From Lepidodermella squamata (taxonomy: Eukaryota > Animalia > Gastrotricha): 64,000 nucleotides of DNA. Of the stretch, positions 36,939-50,356 are shown piece by piece. Position numbers and translations under genes: made by a program. Under the pieces are notes generated by a model, which made no database searches, was not told where the DNA came from, and worked only from the letters and a program-made list of their open reading frames with translations. Every line of letters begins with the position of its first letter. The first letter of the stretch is position 1. The DNA lies in the NCBI GenBank assembly GCA_047495785.1, contig JBLDXI010000032.1, positions 2,418,001 through 2,482,000 on the forward strand, written 5' to 3'.

Positions 36939-37382
36939 TCAAGGCAAAAACTTCGGGACAACAACGTAGCCATGCTTTTCCATGCCCCATCGACGTTGAT
37001 AAGGCTCGTATGCTTCTTTTTCCTGCCCATTTTCAGGTGCATAATACTTGGGTCGACGATAGAGCGGCGAAACCATGCGAAATATGTTATGGGCATGTCC
37101 AGCGAAATGCGTCGCTACGTGATGCCTTGTACGCTGAATTTCTTCAGGGGTGCGACGGTAAAGACGCCGATGAGTTCCGGGTTTAGCATGAATGAACATC
37201 CCATGATTCAACCGTTTGAAACGCTCAGCGACATCATCAAGACTTTCTTCTCTTCCTTCAAGCGAGTACCACTCCTTCCAAGGAACGTCACCCCATGCGT
37301 GACGCAACCTAATGTTCGCAGCGAAAGCGGAAGCGCTGGGCAGAAGAGCGCGAGAAGAGTTTATACCAATAATAGACAACAT
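36939..37382 (-). CDS. MRPL35: Mitochondrial ribosomal protein L35
   Basis: Transit-peptide-like N-terminus; VAERFKRLNHGMFIHAKPGTHRRLYRRTPE...PYQRR resembles metazoan mRpL35 (RFxRLxxGxWxRxxxG). Confidence 0.8.
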   Translation of the reverse strand: MLSIIGINSSRALLPSASAFAANIRLRHAWGDVPWKEWYSLEGREESLDDVAERFKRLNHGMFIHAKPGTHRRLYRRTPEEIQRTRHHVATHFAGHAHNIFRMVSPLYRRPKYYAPENGQEKEAYEPYQRRWGMEKHGYVVVPKFLP

Positions 37383-38189
37383 AGATAAGCTATAAGAAAA
37401 TAAAAACCGAAAAGGGCGTGTCACAAGCCGGACATTGATTAAAAATGTTCACATCATCCCAAATCCCAACCAAAGCAATATCAAAGCAATAGATAATGAA
37501 ATCCCTCAGCCCCGATCCCCGATGGAGAAAAACACCCGGTGGTTGAAAATCAGCGTTCTTGGCATCGGAGGGCTTGGATAATGGGTAAACAATCTTTGGT
37601 CGAAGATCGAGCTAAAGTCAGCGTAGCCTTAGACCAAAATCCGCAAAACAATGGACCGGAACCGAGGTAGAAATAAGTCTTCAGATCAACAGACCAGCGT
37701 CGAATCCTTAATCCGTCAAGGATAGCAAAAGCTGGCAAAGCTGCGACAAGTTTTCTGTTTCCCGATGATGTCATTAACGTCAAAAAACTAAAACTAAAAA
37801 TCGCCAAAAAATATTGCCAAAATTTTTAGCACAATGTTTTTCGCGTATTATAATTATAAAACATTCGAATAATAATTTATTTATAGTTTTTCATTTATTA
37901 GTGCGAGCATGATAAATGTTTACAAAAAGTTATGAAAAGTTTTGCCGCTAACCCTCCGGTCTTGGAGTGAGTTCCACGTGACCAGGCCCTTAACTGTAGT
38001 TGATCAGCTTTGCTGTTTTTGCCGCTGTTCATGTTTGTTCATGCTCAGTCGTTCGCTTCAGCATTCAGCAGCCGCTCTATCGCGAAATAGATTACTTATG
38101 CCGTTGATCAGGATGAGTTCCTAATTAACCACAGGGCGTTCCAGATTCTTTTTCGTCGGGGCGCCAGTCTACGTTTGTCGAAGCCTTTT

Positions 38190-38515
38190 TCATCCCCGCT
38201 TCTCTAATTCAACCTTGGCTTGGCTGGGAGTCAGGTCCTTGCTGACGAAGACGTTCTTCCAGCCTTTAACTTTGCGTAGCTTTGGAGCATTCTCAAGAAA
38301 GGGCTTTTTGTTAGACCCATACCTAAGTTGAGCGATGATTTTGGGCGGCAAATCGTCTTTGGTGTTGACAATGATGTTCTTTCGGCATAAGTATGCGGTC
38401 ATTTACATCAAACCCCTCGATGCCCATACAATTGACTAGGTCGTTTAGGACCCTGAGCTTGTTGCCACCCGGGACAGATATGCCAGTTAAAAGCAAGTCG
38501 TTCGCCCTATCACGT
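38190..38515 (-). mobile_element. Decayed non-LTR retrotransposon ORF1-like fragment
   Basis: Frameshifted peptides RANDLLLTGIS and IIAQL...FLENAPKLRKVKGWKNVFVSKDLTPSQ, resembling CR1/L2/Jockey-group ORF1 motifs. Confidence 0.55.
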
Positions 38516-39176
38516 GGGATAGGACCTCGTGCACGGCATTGATGACACGCCCATTGTCATTGACCTCCTGAAAGTTTAGCTTACGATTACGTTTCGATTA
38601 CGTTGTCGGTGTTGTCGGCGCAATCTTCCTTGATTTCCTCAACAAATTGTCGTACTGCTGAGTGACCAGATCGATACGCAGAGTATTCAAAGAAATCAGA
38701 AAATCCTGTAGCACATTATTAGCAAAATCTGCCGACTGCGGGAATGTCATATTAATTCACTATCAATTTGATTTCACATGTTTTGGGCGTTTCTGGAATT
38801 GTTAGGTGCCTCAAATGAGAGCTATTTCCAATTTTTATCGTCTTCAATATGCCTCCTCCAATCATCGGTAGAAGTGCCCTCTGAAGTTGGAGGAATTGGA
38901 GGAGGCTTCAATGTTGTCATCTGCTGGTCTGAAATTGATTTTGGACGTAACTTTCATTTTTCTCAAACGACATCTAACCCCAGAGGATGCCGTTTATTGG
39001 AAGCTGATTTTTTCTGGCAGTATGGTACTTGGGACCACGGCTAGAACTTGCGTGACATAATCTTGAAAAATTGCTGGTAGCCTCGCTTATATGAGCGATC
39101 TGCTGTGCCTTTTACCTTCGTGAAGGAATTCTCAAAAACTGTTTTCCTTATTTTTTTACGCAAGCCGATGCACACA

Positions 39177-39280
39177 TACGCATGCGCAGAAAGTACATAG
39201 CACGGGGACCCCATTCAGAAACTTTTTCTGTGTGGAAAAGTGAGATTTCGCCAGGCAGACAGAGTGATAGCCACGTGGCT
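39177..39280. promoter_or_regulatory. Candidate DDX47 promoter elements: NRF1-like palindrome and extended E-box
   Basis: TACGCATGCGCA at 39177-39188 (one mismatch to TGCGCATGCGCA) and a perfect 12 bp palindrome AGCCACGTGGCT at 39269-39280, 150-250 nt upstream of the ATG. Confidence 0.45.
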
Positions 39281-39425
39281 TACTAATCCATTTACGGTAC
39301 TAAATTTTTACCATTGTTACTAAATTGCTTTTATCATTCTGTAAAAATATATTAACTCAACTGGTGCAAATGTTACCTTCAGCCTTTGTATTATAATTTT
39401 ATTGTGCATTTAGTGTTATTTTAAA

Positions 39426-41106
39426 ATGACGTCGGCTTCGGAGATCGAGGCGGAGTCGGATAATAAGAAAACTTTTAAGGATTTGGTAAGAATTTCTTGT
39501 CGTGATTTGGTCATCAATAACCATTTTTTCACAGGGTGTTTGCGATCCTCTATGCGAAGCTATCGAGAAACTCAAGTGGTCTAGCCCGTCTAAAATCCAG
39601 GAGGAATCTATACCACTCGCACTGCAAGGTAGGCGACATTACCTGAAATATTTTTGTGAAACTGTTTTCTGTTTCAAAAGGTAGAGACATCATTGGATTG
39701 GCTGAAACTGGAAGTGGCAAAACGGGAGCATTCGCTATACCAATTTTGCAAGCATTGCTTGATAACCCGCAGCGAATTTTCGCTCTGGTGCTTACTCCAA
39801 CTCGTGAACTGGCATTCCAAATTTCTGAGCAGTTTACTGCTCTTGGCGCCTCAATTGGGCTGAAATGCGCTGTCGTTGTTGGTGGCATAGACATGATGAC
39901 CCAGTCGCTTCAGCTTGCGAAAAAGCCTCATATTATTATTGGTACGTTTCATCTCGAGAGTTGAAGGAAATTTGAAGGCATTACTTTTAGCAACCCCGGG
40001 ACGTTTGGTTGATCATTTGGAGCACACCAAAGGCTTTACCCTGCGAACAATCAAATACTTGGTGCTAGATGAAGCTGATCGAATTTTGAACATGGACTTC
40101 GAGCAGGAGTTGGACAAGATTCTCCAAATCGTACCGAGAGACCGGCATACTTTCTTATATTCAGCAACAATGACGCGTAAAGTTGATCGATTGCAACGAG
40201 CGTCGTTACGCGACCCCGTAAAAGTGGAAGTTAGCTCAAAATACCAAACAGTCGAAAAGTTATGCCAACATTATGCATTTGTTCCTGCTAAATTCAAGGT
40301 AAAATCGCCTTGTTATTATATCCGATGGCCTTATCACATTAATTTCAGGATTTATACCTGGTTTATATTCTGAACGAGTTGGCGGGTAATTCAACCATCA
40401 TCTTCTGTAGCACTTGCGCGGCTACTCAACGTATCACGTTAATGCTGCGCAATCTTGGACTGGCCGCCGTTCCGTTGAGTGGACAAATGAGCCAAGACAA
40501 GCGCCTTGGTGCTTTGGCAAAGTTTAAAGGTCAATCTCGTTCGATCTTAGTCGCGACTGACGTTGCTAGCCGGTTCGTTTTTCGTTTGAAAAATATGAAT
40601 ATTGCTCTTACTGATCTTTCGTTTCAGAGGTCTTGACATTCCACATGTTGACGTTGTCATCAACTTCGATATTCCAACGCATTCGAAAGACTACATTCAC
40701 AGGGTTAGTGTTCTATAGTTTTGAATAACGCCTTTCACCGGCTATATTGATGTAGGTTGGTCGCACTGCTCGTGCTGGTCGATCGGGTAAATCTATCACA
40801 TTCGTGACTCAGTACGATATTGAGCTGTTTCAACGAATTGAGCAATTGATTGGTTTGAAAATGGAGCAATATCCTACTGTTGAAGAGGAGGTAATGGTGC
40901 TAGCAGACCGAGTTGGCGAGGCTCAAAGATACGCCAAACTCGAAATGGCAGAAAAAGATCAAAAGCGCAAGGAAGGTAGGAAACGAAAGGCGAAAGCGGG
41001 CGAAGATGACGATGACGACACTGAGACAAATATTGGAGTGCGCAAGAAGTTGTCGAAGAAAACGAATAATAAGAAATCTTCCAATAAAAAGAAAAGTTCT
41101 CATTGA
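39426..41106 (+). CDS. DDX47: DEAD-box RNA helicase DDX47/Rrp3
   Basis: [51 protein letters not shown]|[11 protein letters not shown]; basic C-terminal tail; 7 exons. Confidence 0.96.
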
Positions 41107-41224
41107 AACCTCGCTGAAACTGTTTTTATTCGAAAGTATATTACCGGAACTAGCAATAATAAATTTGTTGAGGTTGGTATAATTTCTTGTTTTGTTTTTA
41201 TCATTTGGATTAGTTACTTTAACG

Positions 41225-42529
41225 ATGTTGTTGAACAAATTATGTCGGCGGTTCATTCAAACCTCGGCCGTAGCACGCAAAAGAACTGCCGAGGTTTACG
41301 TGCAACAAGCGAAGCAGTTTTTAGAGGAAAAGCAACTCTTTGAAGACCTAGCGAAAACAGAATCGATGACTAAAGAAACTTTCATCAAAGTCATCGATAT
41401 TTACCTTGAGCGGCAGAAACTGCACCGGAGGGGTCATATCGAGTTCTTACAGGCTGCGATTTTGCAGATGCAAAAATATGGCGTTCAGCGTGATTTGGAT
41501 GTCTACAAGAAGCTTTTCGAAGTTTTCCCAGGAGGTGGCAAAATCAGGAGTGAGAACGTTTGGCAAACCGAGTTCAAACATTTTCCTAGGCAGCAAGATA
41601 CCGCTATCGAATTGCTGTGTTTGATGGAGAAAAATGGTAAGAAAAAGGAGCAAAAGTAGAATTCTTAAAATCCTTCTTAACATTTTTTAGCTGTACAGCC
41701 GGATGATGAAATCGGTTATATTTTGGCGGATATTTTCGGCCAAGAAGCGCATGCGTTTTCTAAATTCCAGCGGATGATGTACTGGATGCCTAAAATTAGA
41801 GGTTCGAATCCGTGGCCTTTTCCAGCCGAAGGAATCCCAGACGACGACGCAGAATTGGCGCGAGTTATGCTAAAGCGCATGTGCCCCGATCCTTTCAATG
41901 AAACGACCGTTATCCGACATACTGAGCCTGGTTTTAGTGAAATAATCACCCCAGAAGATGGCTTTATCGCCTGGGCTCAGAGCAAAAAGCAACGCTCGTT
42001 ACTTGAGTCCCACCCCGAATCTCAACCGTTGTTCGTCGAAGGGCCACACTTTGTCTTCACTCGGCATAAAATGCTGAATTATTTCGTGCTGAGATCAGAC
42101 CCGCCACGTGGCACCCCGCACAACTTCCACGGAAAAATTTCTATATCGAACGTAGAAGCTAATTTCAATTTTATGGATTATTTCTACGGTAAAGGAACTG
42201 CTGTCCAAACTGCTAGTTTAAACGAGCCGCCGAGCGTGCATGAGCAAGAAGACGGCGTTAATTTCGCGATTGCTATAACTGGTTCGTCGTCGAAATCTTC
42301 GGCTGCTACCTGGATTCGTTTGCTGCAAACAATTGGTGGGAATCCGAAATTGGCCGATTTTTCGCTCATTTTCCGCATATTTTCAACGCCACCGCCTGGT
42401 CCGGACTCGCAGGATCAGGATATTCAAAAGTGGCTCGAGGAGCCTCAGCTAAGAATACCAGCTGGTCAGCCTGATAGCGCGACTCAACTGCGAGGCACAG
42501 TTATGATTGAATCATCGAAACCCCAATAA
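41225..42529 (+). CDS. ECSIT: ECSIT (complex I assembly factor / Toll pathway intermediate)
   Basis: HRRGHIEFL, YGVQRDLDVYKKLFEVFP, HFPRQQDTAIELL..MEKN, MMYWMPK, FVEGP, VHEQEDG; one intron at 41637-41690. Confidence 0.93.
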
Positions 42530-42593
42530 AGAGAATTTATTTGATATTTTATTAAAAACGGAAAACAAGAGAAATAAAACGAATAATTTGTGC

Positions 42594-44807
42594 CTAGAAT
42601 CTCATTCGTTTTTTGCCGAGAATGTATAAGAAAGGGTTCAAAATGCCGTTGGTGTAACCGAGCCAGAGAGAAGCGCGGAATAGAAATTGCGGTACCGGGG
42701 TATCGATGACGAAGTACAGAATGAAAAGCGTAAAAAACGGAAACCAGCACGTTACGCAGACGAAAGTACTAGCCGTTGTGCGGAGAGCCTTAGCTCTCGC
42801 GTGTTCAAAACACACTCGGTGGTTCGATTCGACACAGATCTTTTGCTGCAAGTACGACGTAAATGTCGGCTGGCTTTCCTGTTCAGTCGAAATTTGGCGG
42901 CTCGTAATAAGAGCCTGCGTATCAGAACCTGATTGGCAATTCTCGAACACGCTGTTTACGTCAACACTGCTTCCACTTTCAACACTTGTATTACTTCGAG
43001 TCGTCGCTTTGCCAGTGTCTCTTTTCGGTTGTAACGTGGTGTAACAGCTGAGGATACTTGAGTTAACACAGCGCTTGGCGTAGTCGGACTTCCCCACCAC
43101 ATGAGTTTCGACCAAAGCTGGAACTGGCAGGGTTGTCGCAACCAAATCGGCACGTAGCTTCAACGGGACAGATTGACGGCTTCGGCTTTTCAATAATTCA
43201 CTCCTAGTGCACGGTAGTCGGGTAGGCATGGCCAATAGTGCGGCCGTTTTCACCACGTCTTGTTCGGACACGGCAGAGTCTGTCATTAGAGACGAACACA
43301 TCGTTGTTTCGCTCTTGTTTCGCTCTCGCATACATCCGCCTGGAAATTCGTGGCAATGTTTCGATGTTTTCTCGATGTTTGTCGATGTGTAGCTGCTTTG
43401 GTTACAATACGTAGGTGGAACAAAGTTGGCGTTTCTGATCGGCAGACATTTCTTGATGAAATTAGTTTGTGTTCTTATCCGAGCCGGAGATTTGACTGAA
43501 AAAAGTTCAATAAGATATAGGTATTAGAGATTATATTGGTACCAATTGAAATTTTAATGATCATTTCAACTTTCGGTGTTCCACAATTTCCGAACCCATC
43601 ACTATGAGTTCTCGAGTGACAGCTTTTTAGTTTCTCGAGGTAAAAAATTTCAATAATCGAAGCAACATCGTGTAGCCATTTTTACGGCCAATGGTTTAGC
43701 ATTCAGAGCCGAAATCGATTCCTATTAACTAGTAGATGAGCTATTTGGAAGTATTTAGTGCCAGAATTGGAATGCTACATAGCAACCCACTTGGGTCTTA
43801 AGGTTACCCAATATAAGGCTTTCCATCCTGCAAAGTATCGTCAACAAGTAGGAAAGGGAAAAATTTCAGAAATTCACTAGCAAATTTCTGAGTTTTTTAG
43901 GTATATTTTATATACCATAGACCTCAAAAGTATATACAAAAAACTCACATGGCATCGAAGCACTGCACTTGACTAGTGGCTGGCGCCACGGTAGAGCGAT
44001 GGCGTTGAACACGACATGTCTGTGATACAGCTCGTCATAAATTACCTCGCATTGCTTACATCGGCTTGACTGGAAGGAGTGGAAGGTGATACGGGCAATC
44101 AGAAGCAACATGACAGTTGTCGGTACGTAGAATGAAACAGTAGTCGAGGCAATAACGAACGTTGATGTCACGGCTGTTTGGCAATCGAAGAGGAGCGGCG
44201 ACGCAACGGATCCGCTGACGATGACAAAAACGCACGTGTACAACATGAAGCGATGGCGAAAATGTTCCAGGTTATTTCCGCACATCGTCAGGTACTTCTC
44301 GAAGCACATGCCCAGCTGGTGTAGAATCGATAGCGTGCATAGAAAAACGTCTGCTGTCGACCAAAATTCGCAAAAATACGACAAAGACATGACCATGTCG
44401 CTTTGATGCAAATCAACCATAAAATGGATAGGCATGATGACTAAGGCCAGTAGTAGGTCAACGATGCTTTGCGACATAGCCAACTGGCAGCTGACCTCTC
44501 GATAGAGTTTCCGACGTATTGCGATCAAAATTAAAATGAAGTTGAACGCTATTGTTGAAACTATTACAGCGGACGCAAAACAGATGATCGGTATGTTGAC
44601 TTCATCCTCGGTGGAACTTGACGCGACCTCATCTTGAATCTCATCGTCAATTTTTTCGGCGGAGCTGATGCCAATGTTAGGAAGGTAAATGTTGGAACGC
44701 CGGCTTGGGCTTGATAGGTTGTAGTAAGTAAGAACCTCATCTTCGTCGCCGTCGACTATGTTTTCGATGACTTGAAGCAGCAATTCTGAATCCTGAAGCT
44801 TCTCCAT
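42594..44807 (-). CDS. Biogenic-amine-type class A GPCR (divergent)
   Basis: TM2 DLLLALVIMP; TM3 CEFWSTADVFLCTLSILH (Asp3.32); TM5 SFYVP; TM6 CWFPFF; TM7 WLGYTNGILNPFLY. Exon structure in the third intracellular loop is uncertain. Confidence 0.88.
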
Positions 44808-47174
44808 GAATCTTGCGATCTAAAATATGTCCATGCCTAGAAAAAGCCACATAATTAGACCTTGATATTTATTCAAGCGAAAATCCAGCCCATCAAACTC
44901 TGATGATCAACCGTAAAATTGTACTGCGGAGTAAAAAAATCTCACAGCAATGTCTCTATCTCTCTAATCTAATGAGACTATTTCGATACACACTAACGGA
45001 CATACCGTAATAATTTAATTTGGCATGCGCACTAAAATAACATGCGATACCTAGGTATTATTTTATTTTAGTGAGAAGAAGGCAGAAGGCAAAATCGTAA
45101 ATCACTACTAACTCGGCTGTGAAAATATTAAAAAAAAACTAGTAAAATATATTCGCAGGAATTTTGATTGTAGTCTACGCTAATTTCGGCTGATATAAAG
45201 GCTGTAGAACATGGATAGGATCCGTTAGTTTTTTTCCAAAGCAACCAACTGAGCCTTGCGCATTAAAAATTGTATCATGTGCAATTTTCCCAGGTTCGAT
45301 CTGAATTTATTGCCTACTTCGCGCTGATTTCATATCTGAAATCCGTAACTTGACGTCTGTCGTACCGTTTTTAAGATAATTAAGATTGACCACGCGCGCA
45401 TAAAAAAAAAGCGTGATCCCAACCCTCCCAATCCACTCCCCTTTCAAAGATCCAACTTCGATCAGCCTAACACTAGTGGCACTAATTTTAGATTTCCTGC
45501 TTTTCTTGTCTAAAAATCGGATGGGAAGTAACTGCGCTGTACTTCAAGAGAGCAGTAAAATATTAAAGAAAATTATTGCGCATAACTTAATTGCATACTT
45601 GCCACAAATCACGTTCTCAATCAAAGAAATAGCCGCTGAGTCGCACACTTCAACCGCGACTTGAGATTCTTGAAAATCTCAACTGAAAATCTCAACTCGA
45701 GTTGGCACGTGCTTTTTGATCGCAATTAAAATACTGCGCGCTGCATCCATGGACGCTTCAGCCTTGCCTCCACCGAGGCAACTTCAATCCTTAGCCGCCT
45801 AATCGATTGCCTGAGCCTCGAAGAGATTTTTTGAGTCAAGATAATGCAGTATTTAGTAGCTTGGCGATAAGATTTCTGCCACCACCTAGTATAGTTTTGC
45901 TCAGCTTCAGGCCTAAATTTAGCAAATGATTAATCATTAAGCAGCTGGGGAATTAACGTTAAATGACCAATAAACCTCTAGATGACACACTTTTACCCCA
46001 AAAATTCTATCAGAAAAATTCTACAAGAAATATTCTACCTGAGGGGGGATTGAGAAGAATTCAACTTCGCCTGGTTGTCTGGATCCATTAAAATTTCTTA
46101 GGAAAATATTGGATTTCGCGTATAGCTGATATGCTTATTCAACCTTTAATAGCCCACAGCAGTATTTGGAGATGATTAAATTGAGAAGTAAAATCTCCAA
46201 CATTTCCGTCTAGTGTTTAGGCTAAGTTGTTTTAATTTGCCCTGGCATTCTACTTTGACTATAGCTCAAACTTGGAGAAATGAGCTTCATTTGCACATTG
46301 AATGAAGAGATACATAAGGGTGAGAAACTAGGATGTATCTATACTCCAGGCAAGTGATGGCAAATGACGTCAGAAAACTTTAGAGTTGGGAACAAAACGT
46401 ATGTTGATCGCGCCAGGCAAAACAATAAATGATTTATATAAAAATCTGACAGTGCACTGTCTCAGGCAGTTCGAAATTGAACCATTGACGTATCCTCGCC
46501 AAAAACTGTAACTAATGAATATTAACGAGCACTAAGTGGCGGCAAAACGCTTTCTCCAGAGCTGTTATTTTGTCCAAAGTATATTCGAAATCACCGCAAA
46601 GTGTTAACTTTGTAGAGCTTTGATAATATTTGGTGTTCCATATCGGAAGCTAAAAGATATTCAAGAGAAAAATCTGAATATAAAATTATTATTTCCGGTC
46701 AACGTGTTGCTAGTTGACGACACCCTAAAAATCGAAGAAAAATACTCGAAAAACACGAGTTATCAAGCGTAATTGAATGGGCACTGGCGAAGAGCATGCA
46801 CCCTCTGTTTTTCGTAAGAACATGTCGCATGTCGTGTTAAATCGTTCAGGATTCGTATTTCACCACATCACCCCCTCGCCCTCGTCATACCACACGCGAG
46901 TCATACCTCTAATTAAGGGAGTGATTTCCCTCATGTGGAGAACTTCGCCATTTCGTCATCAACAGACGTCGCTGCCGGTAATTTTCAGCTGGTGAACGAA
47001 GTTAAAATAAAAGCCGGTCTATTTTAGATTTTATTTTTTTATTGCGTAATATTTAGTTAATATTCAAGTGGCATAAGGCGGTTAATATCACGGTAATATA
47101 ACACGGAACCAAGTGCATTTATCACAGTTTATCGTAGGTAAAACTCTAAAGAGGTAATTTTTTCAAATGCGAGT

Positions 47175-49955
47175 TCAGCTCGACAAAAACGAGGCCAGTT
47201 CGTCAAGATACTGCGTATTGCGGTGTTTATGACGAACAGATGCAACACGTTCCGTTAGCAGGGCTTTATTCAATCGGGAGCACGTTTTCAGAACATCGCA
47301 AACCGCTGCCTGAATTCGAGGGTCGGAATCGTCCAGGTGAATCAGCAACGTATCGTAGATGAACGACACATGGGCGCCGTAAGTTCCAGCGTCGTAGTTT
47401 TCATCAAAGCTCTCAATGTAGGCTTTAAAAGCGTCGGCTAGCGTGATTCGAACTTCGTCGTTCACATCGTCGAATCGTTTGAGCAAATCAATGTATAGCG
47501 AATGAAGCTTATCTTGGCCGTATTCTTTGCCAACGCGCTGGAACAGCACTTTGAGCACTCTGATCGTGACTAGTCGCGTGTTGCGTTGATCGTCCGATAT
47601 CAGCGACATCAACTGCTTGAGCAGTTCGTCTTTCAATTTCAACAAATTCTCGTGACTCAGCAGGTTTGATTGGACAAAAACCGCCCAAAGGCAAGAAATT
47701 GCAGAGAGGCGAATCGCCTCCGCGGTGCGACCCGGTTTCCAGACGAAATTCGGCAACAAGCCATCTCGAACTATCATATGGGCGTAAGGCGCGAAAGCTC
47801 CTGTCGAATCAAATGTTTCGCTTGCTTTCAGACACAGTTTCGACAATAAAGTGAAAAGCGATAGTCTCAACTCAGCGTCTTTTTCTGGCTTCAGATTGGT
47901 GATAATCAAGTTAACAACGCTTGATAAATGGCAACCAAGGGCTCGGCCTGAGTGATACAGCAGGGCTTCGAATATTAAACGTTGGGGGCTATGTTTGTTC
48001 CATAAATCGTGGCCACTCGTCAACATTTCCAACATACGTCCCATGTGTTTATCGAAAGCGTATTGCCTGCCATCATCTGAGCTATTGCCGCCTTCAATAG
48101 CACTGAGAGAACTTCCTAGATTATCAAGATGATTCATTATTTCCAGCTGTTGACTTGATGCATTGTTGTTTCCGGATATCATTGCCAATGAAGTAACAAA
48201 CATGTTGAACAGATCGAAAGATATCTCATTATAGTTTTGTGGGGAAGCAACTGATAAAATTGCCGCGCCAGAAGCAATTATTTGCGTTTGGCAAGACACC
48301 TAAAAATACTCAGTCTGTATATCAGATCGAGCTTTTTAACCAAAAAAAACTTACGTCCAGAGTGTGAAATACATCAGCATTCGTTAACGTTCCCATTATT
48401 TGTTTGAGAGCTTTACCCGTCAACTGAGCTGTATCAGATCCCCGCAAAAGTGCAGCGAGAACAATTAAAGAAGCCAATCCGCCATGCGAAAGTTTAACGT
48501 GGTCCAAAGCAAGTGGAGTCCAAACTTCGACAGGTACAAAATAGGATAGTCCTTCAGTAGCTTTTATCGCCTGTAATAATTCCTGAAGAATTATTCAAAA
48601 TCAAAACTGAAGTCACATACCAATTCGACCACGACTTTCTCATCATCCATTACTGCCTTTAGCAAGGAATTGAGTAAAGCAACCAAGTGCTGAGTAACTG
48701 CATCTTCTCCATTGACGAAAAGCCAAAATAAAAGCTGGACGGACTTTATTCTGGTCTCTAGAATCCAATCTGTGATATCATTCGACAACGCAGGTAAAAT
48801 GCGATGCAATTGTCGTTGAATTAACGTGCGGCAGCCCAAGTTTGGCCGGCTGACTAAAATATTCATTTATTTATTCAACTACGTAAGCTAAAACGAAATA
48901 TAAGGCTCACCTCCTGCCGGATAGTGGGATGGCGTTGGGGATGGAAAGTCAAGTTTATCCTTCAAATCGTTTTCATTTTCCTTCTCGAATTTCAATCCTT
49001 TCAAAACGTAATATCAATGAATAGGTATTTACCGCAAGAAATTAACATACCAACGTCATTCCAATACTGAAAAGACAGCTCCTTGATTTCATCTGCTTCG
49101 TCCGAAAATCCTGTCATCAGCAAAGGAATCAGCCTGTGGAAAAATGAGTATCTATCTGGAAGATCCAACAGCCAGTCACCAGTGAGTTGGATAACTGTTC
49201 TTCGGACGAGTGGAGCTTGATCAAATAGCCTTTGCGCCAAATGAGGAACAACGTCGTCTACGGACTTATTATTCCCGAATTGAACAACATTGGCAACAGC
49301 TTTAATCGCCTCGACTCGAACTTTAGAATGTTGATGGCTGATCGCAGTCAAGAGAGGAGGAACCAAATTTTCAGAATGCTGATGGAAATGCCGCGGCAAA
49401 CTCCGAGCTAACATGGAAGCGCACATGCAGCTTGCTTTCTTCACTTCAGGAGATTTGTCAACTATAGACCTGTTCAAAATTATGACCATGTCACTGAGGA
49501 AAGGAAATAGCTGCGGTTCTGAAGATTTTCCCATAGTATTTTGAATTAGTTCGATTAGCTGCAGTCGCAATTCCTCAGAAGGTTCCAAGACCTACAAGAG
49601 CAACGGTTTAGTGAGTATGACAGTTGTTTACAGCGGAAAACAAAGTTACATCTTGCTGCCCGATTCGCTTGGCCAGAAAAGGCACTAATGCTCGAAGGAT
49701 GTCTCCGATATTGGTGTATTCTTTATTCAGCATTACACTAATAATGCCGATAGCTTGCTCTCGAATTCTCTCAGTTGGATCAGATAGAATTGTCATCAAA
49801 GCTTTGAGAAGCTCATCGACATCAATAGCAGTCAGCTTATCTTGGACGAGGTCATCTTTCACCAGAGAGAGCGCTTTCCCCTTCTGGAATTTATCGCCTT
49901 CAATTAATAATGACAGCTGCCTGCCAAATCCAAAGCTCGTGATTTGCTGCGACAT
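47175..49955 (-). CDS. DNAAF5: Dynein axonemal assembly factor 5 (HEATR2)
   Basis: HEAT repeats with [53 protein letters not shown] and [11 protein letters not shown]. Confidence 0.93.
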
Positions 49956-50356
49956 CAGCAAAACGATTCAGTGGCACCGATAACTGATAAGTGAGACTTT
50001 AATAAATCTTTAACACAGCGGCTGAAAGATGCTGGATGAAAACGGCGTCAGTCGCATGCTTGAAGCGAACCAAGGACGCACCAGGCCCATAAAAATAACA
50101 AATGTTCAATTAGTGTCATTCCTAATGTTTATTCATATTTTATGAGATTATATTTTTTATCGGTCAAAAACTACGCGCTCCATATTCAAAATTTTCAACT
50201 CTCCGTGAAATTCAACTTGGAAGTCCGTACCTTAGCTCTCATGTAGCCCTTGCATGATGCCATTTGCCAGAAATTTCCTATCGCCCATATAGTATCGCCC
50301 GAAGTACACTAGATCCGAGAACCCGTAGTAAATGTTGATACTACGAGAATGTTCGA

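Noticed and set aside
43670-43725. tRNA-like fragment (TGGTTTAGCA...TCGATTCC)
   Set aside because: No cloverleaf or acceptor stem can be formed.
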